Counted from the first letter of the stretch, positions 40,147-48,359 are shown. The stretch: 64,000 bases of DNA from an uncultured virus (IMG/VR IMGVR_UViG_3300001682_000650) (IMGVR_UViG_3300001682_000650); one strand, 5' to 3'. Translations and numbers: made by a program. The notes: generated by a model from the sequence alone, not told the origin.

Positions 40147-40702
40147 TAATGTTAGCGAACCATTGTGTACCTTTTGTTATTCTGAGCCTTTCGGCAATTT
40201 TCGGAATTTGGGCGGGGCATTCCTCTTGAAGAACCTGCAATACAATCTCCATAAACTTACGAATGTTATCATAGTCATTGATTTCTTTTTGAATATCAGT
40301 CATGTGACGAAGCATTTCACGCATTTCAGATGAGATGGCTTTAAAGGACATAGCACCAACAAGTCTACCAGACTGTTCTGCTCTCTCTTCCATAGCGTCC
40401 AGTAGCTTTTTAGTGCGTGAAAATAGAGAGCTTATTTCATGGATGATGTCGAAGTTGGTGTTAACAACCTCAACCAATCTATCCTTGCTCTCTTTTACCA
40501 AAGCTTTCTCTACTGCTGGAACACGTTTCATGAAACGGTCAACATCATCACGTGTGATTAAATCGTTGTTAGGAACTTTTCCGCTCATGTTAAGCTCATC
40601 TGCTATCTGTCGATGCGTAAGACCGCTTTTCTTTAACAGTACAGTATCTTCCTCTATCTTATACCTGACAATTTTATTTCTTGTTGCATACATTGGTTCC
40701 AT
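40133..40702 (-). CDS. terminase small subunit (putative)
   Basis: HTH-like 'GLTHRQIADELN' plus helical body, upstream of terL; probable ATG at 40702 after AAAGGTGG. Confidence 0.65.
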   Translation of the reverse strand: MEPMYATRNKIVRYKIEEDTVLLKKSGLTHRQIADELNMSGKVPNNDLITRDDVDRFMKRVPAVEKALVKESKDRLVEVVNTNFDIIHEISSLFSRTKKLLDAMEERAEQSGRLVGAMSFKAISSEMREMLRHMTDIQKEINDYDNIRKFMEIVLQVLQEECPAQIPKIAERLRITKGTQWFANIIGRN

Positions 40703-40723
40703 AGAATTACCCACCTTTCTACT

Positions 40724-40753
40724 TAGAATAGGCAGGTTAGCGAGCTTGTTAAC
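40724..40753 (-). promoter_or_regulatory. putative phage late promoter (GTTAA-N15-GCCTATTCTA)
   Basis: conserved bipartite motif at the head of the late module. Confidence 0.7.
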
Positions 40754-40802
40754 AGATAAGCATAAAAGCGAAGGTTATAGTGATGAGCTGCCAGAAATGA
40801 CA

Positions 40803-41096
40803 TAACATTTTAAGGGGGAATTTTATGTTAACATTAGTTCAAAAATTGAACCGCCTTCTTATATATAATACTTTTTATTATATATATATANNNNNNNNNN
40901 NNNNNNNNNNNNNNNNNNNNNNNNNNNNNNNNNNNNNNNNNNNNNNNNNNNNNNNNNCCTTTAAGTTAACATTTTAAGGGGGAATTTTATGTTAACATTA
41001 GTTCAAAAATTGAACCGCCTTCTTATATATAATACTTTTTATTATTATATATATATAGAAGGCGGTTCATTTTTTAGACTATAAAAAATGGTAAAA
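40803..41096. repeat. inverted copies (C and D) of the 15.8-16.1 kb AT-rich palindromic repeat, separated by an N-gap
   Basis: reverse complement of the unit at 15824-16119; contains TGAACCGCCTTCT..(TA)n..AGAAGGCGGTTCA. Confidence 0.85.
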
Positions 41097-41260
41097 CTGT
41101 TAGCTGTTAACTAATCATTTTCATAGAATATGTTAGTGGAAGTATTGGGCTACAGTATGAAAAATGAACTGCTCCTCTAAGTTTTATATTCTTAGTGTAG
41201 GGAGTTCTGCATAGTTCATCACAATGCAGAACAATGCAGAACTATTCTGTACGAATAAGA

Positions 41261-41827
41261 TTAAGACTTGCGTAGCTCTGGCGGGATAGTTTTCAAGAAA
41301 GTTTTCAGTTCATTATATACACTATAGATACTGAATCTCTTGATAGGGTACACACTTGTAAATTCTATCAACGACTTTTTAAGGGCGTCATATGCTGAGA
41401 AGGTTTCTACAGAGTACTTCTCAATCGCAATATTTTGGAGGTCGTACAGTTTAGAGTGAACTAATCTTCTATATTTATAATACTTAGCCTGATCCTTGAC
41501 ACTTGGAAGGTGTTCAGCGCAAGCGTCTGCGAAGGTTAGAAATGGATCCAAATTGTCGATCAAGTGGGCGGCGAGTTTTTGTTCATTTGGCGTATCATCA
41601 CTAACAAATACACGAACATATCTTGATATGTAATCCTGCAATGATTTAGGAAAGCAGTTAATGATGAAATTACTAAGACGTTTAGCCTCGTAATAACCAT
41701 TCTTACTAAAATACTCATAATCTGAGCAAGTATATAGTGATTTGTTATTAAATAGGTAGAGTACTTCCAACAGTTTATCTTTACCGAGCATATATGCTAC
41801 CAGTAATAGTTTCCACATATGTTTCAT
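41261..41827 (-). CDS. hypothetical protein
   Basis: 188 aa, SD GAGGTG, own sigmaA promoter. Confidence 0.65.
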   Translation of the reverse strand: MKHMWKLLLVAYMLGKDKLLEVLYLFNNKSLYTCSDYEYFSKNGYYEAKRLSNFIINCFPKSLQDYISRYVRVFVSDDTPNEQKLAAHLIDNLDPFLTFADACAEHLPSVKDQAKYYKYRRLVHSKLYDLQNIAIEKYSVETFSAYDALKKSLIEFTSVYPIKRFSIYSVYNELKTFLKTIPPELRKS

Positions 41828-41913
41828 AGTAACACCTCATTTACTTTTTGCCCGCCACCCCAAGCGGGCGGGGAAATGAAAGTCCTCCAGATATACTGTA
41901 GGAATACAATTTA

Positions 41914-41942
41914 AGTATAATAGTAATTAAATATAGTGTCAA
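41914..41942 (-). promoter_or_regulatory. sigmaA-type promoter
   Basis: minus strand TTGACA-N17-TATACT upstream of 41261..41827. Confidence 0.8.
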
Positions 41943-42245
41943 CGCATCAAATTTCAAGTTTCAGTCTGCAAACCACCCACCCATGCGGATATCACAATAT
42001 TATTTCATTGTGCTTCTATTAAACTTCCATTTTTCTGGAAACTGATTTTCAAAAAATTCCCGTGTGATACCGCACGGTACCCACGCCTGAGTCGCTCTAC
42101 GAGCGACTTCCAGGCACTGGGTGGGGGCGGCAATTTTGCACGAAGTTTTTTTTGCAAAACACTTGCAATCCATGCCGATTTGTGGCGGTATGAAACTGCG
42201 GTTCGGGAAACTGAATCGACACAATTTAATATGGAGGTTTATACT

Positions 42246-42596
42246 ATGAGTAAAAAGTTTACGGAGAAAGAGTTGCTGAGTCTGTTGGAAGGTATTAAGA
42301 TTCCGTCAAACGAATCGGCTGTAAAGGCTATCGGTGTTGATATCCTTGAAACTGAGCCGTACGAAAAAACGAACGTACGTTATCTTAACAACAAATTCAA
42401 TCCTCTGAAGCTGTCAACTGAGTACTTCGACTTATCAGTAACGATAAGCGTTACTGAAGGTCAAGCCGCTAAAATAGCGACTTTGGTCAAGGATTCTTAC
42501 CAGCAACATAAGCTAAACGCCGCTGTAGCCGCTTTGGTGGCTGCTGGATTTACTCCAGAACAGGCACAGGCAATCCTGAAAAAGAAGGGGAAATAA
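42246..42596 (+). CDS. hypothetical early protein
   Basis: ATG at 42246 after GGAGG; followed by a terminator. Confidence 0.7.
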   Translation: MSKKFTEKELLSLLEGIKIPSNESAVKAIGVDILETEPYEKTNVRYLNNKFNPLKLSTEYFDLSVTISVTEGQAAKIATLVKDSYQQHKLNAAVAALVAAGFTPEQAQAILKKKGK

Positions 42597-42613
42597 ACCC
42601 CTTCTTCTTTTTT
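42582..42613 (+). terminator. intrinsic terminator
   Basis: AAGAAGGGG-AAATAAA-CCCCTTCTT then a T-run. Confidence 0.75.
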
Positions 42614-42839
42614 GCCCTTTTTTCTGCATTGCCGTATTTTTTTTTATGCACTATTATCGGCGGTTGTGAAAACCCTATGTTTTATCGGCGGTTTGAAAAA
42701 CCCTGGATTTGCTAACCGCTCATAATACTTGTTATGAGCGGTCACAATGTCGAGATATAAACACGACCGCCTTCCGGCATGGACAGGGGCGGAGATAAAA
42801 ATACCTGTCGGGCGGTGCCTGCCGGGGAAGGAGGAAAAA

Positions 42840-43340
42840 ATGAATAGATTCAAACTGCAAGCCTACAAACAAGAATTCCCCTTTTTGGGGGAAGTTATCG
42901 GGGACGAAATCCCCGACTCCGTCCGTATAAAGCGGGCGGATGAGAACTTGCTGAAGTTTATACCCACGAACTCGTTACACGTGGGGAGCTTGGGAAGGAC
43001 AGAGGTTAATGAAAAAATTCATTTCATCTTGTCCGACGGCAAGGTTCTATACAATGTTGTAGTTAGGAAAGAGGAATACAGTTCCAACTACAACAGTGAC
43101 ACCCATTACCACGAGTGGGGCGAGACCGTGCTAGAAGCTATCGATCGGCATGGTGTAGCCGAAAGCCTTGCCTTTATCATCGTCGAGGAATATTATCTCA
43201 ACGATTGGGAAGGCCAGGAATACACAAAAGAATACACCTTCACCATCTACAAGACCCCGAAAGGAACCTCTTTCGGGGCAGAGATAAAGAAGGCAAGGGC
43301 GCAAGCCCTTGCGGAAGTCCGTGTAGAAGCGGACTTCTAA
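42840..43340 (+). CDS. hypothetical early protein
   Basis: ATG at 42840 after AAGGAGG; higher GC than the late genes. Confidence 0.7.
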   Translation: MNRFKLQAYKQEFPFLGEVIGDEIPDSVRIKRADENLLKFIPTNSLHVGSLGRTEVNEKIHFILSDGKVLYNVVVRKEEYSSNYNSDTHYHEWGETVLEAIDRHGVAESLAFIIVEEYYLNDWEGQEYTKEYTFTIYKTPKGTSFGAEIKKARAQALAEVRVEADF

Positions 43341-43390
43341 AGCGAATTCCGGCGGGATGCCGGAAATAACCGCAGGTAAGCGGGATGCAA

Positions 43391-43436
43391 GCCTGGCAGC
43401 AGATACGTTTTGTGTCTGTTGCTGGGCTTTTTTTTT
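43391..43436 (+). terminator. intrinsic terminator
   Basis: GCCTGGCAGCAGATAC / GTGTCTGTTGCTGGGC stem followed by a long T-run. Confidence 0.75.
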
Positions 43437-43942
43437 GTTTTTGCCCCGAATTGATACTATCCATTTTTAATTGCGTTTTATCGGGCATATAAAAAGCCCG
43501 AGTTTTAATCGCTCATATCGTGCAGAATTTTGACTTTGTTCGGAAAGAAGCTCTTAAAGACAACTGTATGAATATTTAGAAGCGAGTGGGGTTTAATCCC
43601 CTCCCCCTTTTTTATATAACCGCCACCCTTTAACAAATAGCGACGTCATTATCGGCGTCGCTGAAACCATGAGTTTTATATTTTTTTATAAATATTCAGG
43701 GCTTTTATAGTGTCCGGTTCATTATCGGGCATTATAAAAACCCTGAAAATGAAAGATGAATATTGAAATCCTGCATATTATTGGTGGTATTTTTTATTAC
43801 CATCGATATTTTTCAATACAATTTGAAAAATATGCAGGATTGCACTATACCAACTTGCAAAATAGTGTGGAATTTATACCCCGACGGGCGGTATTTAATC
43901 CGACTTAACTATTTTGCATGGTGATCGGTATATATAACCAGG

Positions 43943-44488
43943 GTGAACTCGCCCCAGATTGGTGGGGTGTTACATAGGTGTGCTATGTATCATGGGTTCC
44001 GTGGTAAATCCCCCTGCCACGTAAATACGGAATGGAGATCTCGGTATATCGGGCTTGGGATATACAGTGGGCGTAACACTTCAAAAAACGCTATTGGCGG
44101 TGGGAGACCGTACCGTACTGTTACTGCACAGTTACGTAAGATCGAATAAGCAGCGGAGCAATCTATAGGGCACTCCGTAATAAACCGTGCATATTATCAT
44201 AGGCTACAGCATAGTTTCTGAGAAATCAAGGGGTTTATCCGGCATTTCGGCATATTTCTATGCACTATCTACCCTTTCACTATCTCTTTAGTTACTATGT
44301 TCGTAGGTACATACTATGATACGAGTCATGACGATAAACATTATGGTAAGCGGAGGTGAGAGTCCCCCGCCCACCGTTTTTGGGAAGGCTCCTGAATACG
44401 TTGGAACCATTGCAGGTGTAAGTAAATCAGCGCTGCGAAAGCCATTCCTATAGTGATAATACTATGGCTTATAATTAGTAGGGTTCAC
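43943..44488 (+). ncRNA. candidate large structured ncRNA (~550 nt)
   Basis: no credible CDS; GTGAACTC/GGGTTCAC end pairing; many internal hairpins; terminator immediately downstream. Confidence 0.5.
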
Positions 44489-44504
44489 TTATTATTGTTT
44501 ATAC

Positions 44505-44548
44505 AAAGCCCTATATGTTTTCTTATTGATTGCATATAGGGCTTTTTT
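44505..44548 (+). terminator. intrinsic terminator
   Basis: AAAGCCCTATATG / CATATAGGGCTTT stem ending in a T-run. Confidence 0.75.
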
Positions 44549-44651
44549 AATATGGCTGGAAAGACCGCAAGAGGTCCGCCCCGCCACCCCCGATTTTTGG
44601 GGAATTGAAGTAAAGCCTCTCTATATGGAGAGGTCGCATGGAGGTGTTGAT

Positions 44652-44999
44652 ATGGCTTTTGATCTTTCACTCAATAAAGTCATAGAGAAATACCCACGCA
44701 TCGTCGCACATCTTATCGCTGAAAGCTATGGGTATTTTACTCCGATCTCCGCAGCCAATGCTATAAAACGTGCCAAGCGTAATGAGCCATGTTTCTGTGA
44801 GTGGTACTGTGATTGCGCTCGTAGATATGGAAACATGTACGACGAGGACAATGTTAGAAGGGTCACCAAAGAGATACTGAATCAGACTATACAGAATCGC
44901 CACTACCATAGAGGTAGTTGGGCTGATTACAGGAGTGCACGTAGAATTGTTGACAGAGCTATTACTGGAGAACATCCTGTTTTAGCAAGCTGGTTCTGA
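44652..44999 (+). CDS. hypothetical protein
   Basis: ATG at 44652 after GGAGGTG. Confidence 0.65.
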   Translation: MAFDLSLNKVIEKYPRIVAHLIAESYGYFTPISAANAIKRAKRNEPCFCEWYCDCARRYGNMYDEDNVRRVTKEILNQTIQNRHYHRGSWADYRSARRIVDRAITGEHPVLASWF

Positions 45000-45174
45000 T
45001 CCCCGCCACCCTGGATTTTGGCGGTCGAATATAGATAGCTTACCGAGCATGGACAGCTTGGATGTAAGTGGCTATCAAACGTGCATAGTGGTTTTTGGTA
45101 AGGCTATAGCACGTGTCCAAGACAGGGTTTTATAGCGTTCCCTCAAAAAACGCTATCTTTCATTGGAGGTTATT

Positions 45175-45309
45175 ATGTCTATTCAGTACAAAGGCTATGT
45201 CATTTATCTAATTAATTACGGGTGGCGGATAAAGGGCACCAATTATTACCCCGCCACCCTTGAAGAAGCATTTGAAATTATAGACCTATGGAAGGAGGTC
45301 GCATTATGA
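45175..45309 (+). CDS. small hypothetical protein (44 aa)
   Basis: GGAGG SD, MSIQYKGYVIY...; coupled to the next gene; below the ORF-track cutoff. Confidence 0.55.
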   Translation: MSIQYKGYVIYLINYGWRIKGTNYYPATLEEAFEIIDLWKEVAL

Positions 45310-45530
45310 GAAACATTACTAGCCTTAAGCCAAAGAAAAACAAGGACATTTTTAAGCGTATCCCTAAGTTCTCTGAAGTATTCGTTCCATTTGAGATTGC
45401 TGTAGATTACTTGCATGATCTGTATGCAGGTGTAGATCTCCCCGCCACCCTCACAAAAACTGTGGTACAGCAGAAGCTGGACAAGGCTTATTCCATGGGT
45501 GACACTCCTTGGAGAGTAGTCATTGGATAG
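45306..45530 (+). CDS. hypothetical protein
   Basis: ATG at 45306 after AAGGAGG. Confidence 0.55.
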   Translation: MRNITSLKPKKNKDIFKRIPKFSEVFVPFEIAVDYLHDLYAGVDLPATLTKTVVQQKLDKAYSMGDTPWRVVIG

Positions 45531-45539
45531 GAGGTAGCT

Positions 45540-46031
45540 ATGAGATACACAGTAGAGAGAGATTTTGAACATGCAGGATTGCGCTGTGTCGTCATCATGA
45601 CAGAAATGGGTCATCGTTGTGGCTATGTCGGGGTTCCTGAAAGCCACCAGCTTTATGGGGTGGGTTACAGTCAAAAAACAGTTGCGTTACCATTGGCAAA
45701 GATAGCTGATCAGCCAATAGGAAAACGTGGCATTATCCCATTATTGTGCATGGACAACACATCTAAGTACCTTTCACCGAATGTGTATTTTAATGTCCAT
45801 GGAGGCGTTACATATACCGGTGGCGGGAAAGGCTCAAAGTATCCTGTCGAGTCTGATCTTTGGTGGTTCGGATATGACTGTAACCATGCTGGCGATGGTA
45901 AAGATTTGTCTGTTGTCAGTGACGCGCTCAGGGAACTGGAAATTAGGTTCCCCACATATGGCGTAATACGTACCGCAGAATACTGCATCGATGAGTGCAA
46001 GTCACTTGCTGAACAGTTGGTATGCGTTTAA
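45540..46031 (+). CDS. conserved phage protein (HGG.T / W.FG.DC.H family)
   Basis: 'GHRCGYVGVP..H', 'VHGGVTY', 'WWFGYDCNHAGD'. Confidence 0.7.
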   Translation: MRYTVERDFEHAGLRCVVIMTEMGHRCGYVGVPESHQLYGVGYSQKTVALPLAKIADQPIGKRGIIPLLCMDNTSKYLSPNVYFNVHGGVTYTGGGKGSKYPVESDLWWFGYDCNHAGDGKDLSVVSDALRELEIRFPTYGVIRTAEYCIDECKSLAEQLVCV

Positions 46032-46120
46032 TTAAAAGGCCACCGCCAGTTTTTTTACTATATGTGGATCTATATACCATTATCGGCACCTTAAAAGCCC
46101 TGAATTTTGGAGTGGTGACA

Positions 46121-46279
46121 ATGAAAGACAATAGACGGAAAAGTGTTCTTGACTATGTGAAAAGTGGTGGGCGGGTACTTATCAATATGAACACAGGTAC
46201 CCGCCCACACAAACCCAAAAAGGGAAAAGGCTCTTACCAAAGAATTAAGAAAGTAAAGGAGCGTGAATCAAATGAGTAA
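46121..46279 (+). CDS. small basic protein with ArfA-like KKGKGSYxR motif
   Basis: ATG at 46121 after GGAGTGG; MKDNRRK...HKPKKGKGSYQRIKK. Confidence 0.6.
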   Translation: MKDNRRKSVLDYVKSGGRVLINMNTGTRPHKPKKGKGSYQRIKKVKERESNE

Positions 46280-46418
46280 TTGGAAAACCAAAAGCCTATG
46301 TGAGCTTACTCTTGAGGACGTATTGCAGGGACATGCTGAAGGCTATTGCTTCCCTGTAGACGAGGGAAGGTTTATTAAATTCTTTACAGACGAAAAGGAG
46401 TCCGGCGATGATAGGTAG
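46272..46418 (+). CDS. small hypothetical protein (48 aa)
   Basis: AAGGAG SD, MSNWKTKSLC... Confidence 0.5.
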   Translation: MSNWKTKSLCELTLEDVLQGHAEGYCFPVDEGRFIKFFTDEKESGDDR

Positions 46419-46428
46419 GTTTCTTGAA

Positions 46429-47930
46429 CAATAAAACAGTCCCGCATTCTCCCACCTCTTAGGTGGGGGTTAGGGGCGTGGTTATTCTCATTTAAGAAAG
46501 GCAGGTGATATCAATAAAAATTACATCTTCGTATAGTGTAAAAATCAATAATTATACAAAAATTCTAAGACATACAGTAAATATTTATAGAAAAGCTGTA
46601 TCATTTTTTATTGATGTCATCGATACAGAATGGGAGAGCTTTTCAAGTATAACCAATACTAATGGCTCTGTATTAATAGCGGAAAGACTTACTCATTCAA
46701 CAAAAAACAATCCCTTGGTAAAACACAATTTTGATGAGAAGTTTTATAAATTTCCTTCATACCTGAGAAGAGCTGCTATTGCAGATGCCTTTGGAATTGT
46801 GTCCAGTTACAAGAGTAATCTTGCTAATTGGAAAGCATCTGGCAGCAAAAATAAACCTCCAAGGCTTAAGAAAAACCATAGCTGTAACCCGTGCTGTTAT
46901 TATGACAATATGTTCGAGGGAAATTGTTATAGCAAAACTGCTAAAATCAAATATTTTAACGGTAAAGATTGGCTATGGCTACCCATAAATTTATCTTCCC
47001 AAGACATAAAGTATTTGCAGAATAAATGGTCTCACTGTAAGCCTTCAGCCCCCATATTGGAGCGTAGGCACGGGAAGAACTATCTCAGGTTCAGTTTTAC
47101 TGAAAAAGTAAGCTTAAATAAAACACCAATCGAAGAACAAAAAATTGTTTCTGTTGACCTTGGACTCAACAATCATGCGGTTTGCTCAGTTATGGATGCT
47201 AAAGGAACTGTCTATTCGAGAAAGTTTATTAATCTCAAATATGAAAAAGACCTTTTAAATCACAAACTGAACAAACTTAAAAAGTTCCAACGTCAGCACG
47301 GAAGCAAGAATAGTTTGTCAAGGTGGTCATACATAAATAATTTGAATGATAATATTTCAAGGCAGGTAGCTCATCAAATAGTTGAGTTCGCCACATCACA
47401 GAATGTTGATGTTGTTGTTTTTGAGTATCTCAAAACCGAAGGCAAAAAACATGGCTCGAAAGCTCAGCAGCTTGCTTTATGGCGTAAGAGGCAAATACAG
47501 CAAATAGTAGAACATCAAGGCCATCGTAATGGTATACGTTTTTCAAGGATAAACCCAAACGGTACCAGTAAGTATGCCTATGATGGTTCTGGGCTTGTAG
47601 TACGCAGTAATAATAATTACAGTTTATGTACCTTCAGTAACGGAAAACAATATAACTGTGACCTGAACGCCAGTTACAATATTGGTGCAAGATATTTTAT
47701 CAGAGAAATACTAAAACCCTTTTCAGCGATGGAAAGGTCGCATTTGGAGGCGAAAGTTCCTTCAATAGCGTTTAGAACCAAATGCACCCTTACTACATTA
47801 ATTAGCTTAAACAAAGTATTAGTAGCTTCCGCTGCCTAATTACTCGGTTTAAGCTGTATCTGTAGAAGGCAGTCCCTAAGGTTGTTTAACTATAAGGGAA
47901 GCCCCCACTTCTAAAGTGGGGGAAGTTCAC
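46429..47930 (+). mobile_element. IS200/IS605-family element (tnpB only, IS1341-like)
   Basis: inserted 3' of TTGAA; left hairpin CCCACCT-CTT-AGGTGGG; right hairpin CCCCCACTT-CTA-AAGTGGGGG ending TTCAC; flanks rejoin into one reading frame. Confidence 0.8.
46505..47839 (+). CDS. tnpB: TnpB RNA-guided endonuclease
   Basis: RuvC motifs VSVDLG, VVFEYL, NCDLNASYNIG. Confidence 0.9.
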   Translation: MISIKITSSYSVKINNYTKILRHTVNIYRKAVSFFIDVIDTEWESFSSITNTNGSVLIAERLTHSTKNNPLVKHNFDEKFYKFPSYLRRAAIADAFGIVSSYKSNLANWKASGSKNKPPRLKKNHSCNPCCYYDNMFEGNCYSKTAKIKYFNGKDWLWLPINLSSQDIKYLQNKWSHCKPSAPILERRHGKNYLRFSFTEKVSLNKTPIEEQKIVSVDLGLNNHAVCSVMDAKGTVYSRKFINLKYEKDLLNHKLNKLKKFQRQHGSKNSLSRWSYINNLNDNISRQVAHQIVEFATSQNVDVVVFEYLKTEGKKHGSKAQQLALWRKRQIQQIVEHQGHRNGIRFSRINPNGTSKYAYDGSGLVVRSNNNYSLCTFSNGKQYNCDLNASYNIGARYFIREILKPFSAMERSHLEAKVPSIAFRTKCTLTTLISLNKVLVASAA

Positions 47931-48066
47931 AATTCGTGACAACACTGACTGCTGCAAAGAATGGTGGAACGGACTTGACCAAAGAGAAAAGCAAGTCATC
48001 ATGAGCATCCCAAACTTTGATGCAGACAAGTTCTTATTAATAACAGGAATTAATGTCAATTCATGA
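47931..48066 (+). pseudogene. 3' part of a gene split by the tnpB element
   Basis: joined flanks read GFLK-IRDNTDCCKEWWNGLDQREKQVIMSIPNFDADKFLLITGINVNS, similar to the C-terminal domain of phage pentapeptide-repeat proteins. Confidence 0.6.
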
Positions 48067-48117
48067 CCGCTAATAACGGGGGTCAATTAATGTCTAACAT
48101 CCACCCCCGTTTTTTAA

Positions 48118-48192
48118 GGCTCGTTAGTCAAGCGGTAAAGACGCTGCCCTCTCAAGGCAGAAACAGAGGTTCAAACCCTCTACGAGTCACCA
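48118..48192 (+). tRNA. tRNA-Glu(CTC)
   Basis: cloverleaf: GGCTCGT/ACGAGTC acceptor, CTGCC-CTCTCAA-GGCAG anticodon arm, GGTTCAAAC T-loop, encoded CCA. Confidence 0.9.
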
Positions 48193-48284
48193 TAACGGGA
48201 ATAGTTGAATTATTGGAGTGACGCCCATAGCAAATGCGGGATAAGGAAGTCGTTAAAGATCAAACCCCCGCTCCCGTTTTATAT

Positions 48285-48359
48285 GGCCCGTTAGTCAAGC
48301 GGTAAAGACGCCACATTCTCAGTGTGGAAACAGAGGTTCGAATCCTCTACGGGTCACCA
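48285..48359 (+). tRNA. tRNA-Glu(CTC)
   Basis: GGCCCGT/ACGGGTC acceptor, CCACA-TTCTCAG-TGTGG anticodon arm, GGTTCGAATCC, CCA. Confidence 0.9.

Noticed and set aside
43943..44488. tmRNA, RNase P RNA or group II intron identity for the large structured region
   Set aside because: It lacks tRNA-Ala-like ends with CCA, the GAGGAAAGUCC RNase P motif and a recognisable domain V
48194..48278. tRNA-like element between the first two tRNA-Glu genes (AACGGGA/TCCCGTT terminal stem)
   Set aside because: No convincing D, anticodon or T arm and no CCA; at most a degenerate remnant or spacer hairpin
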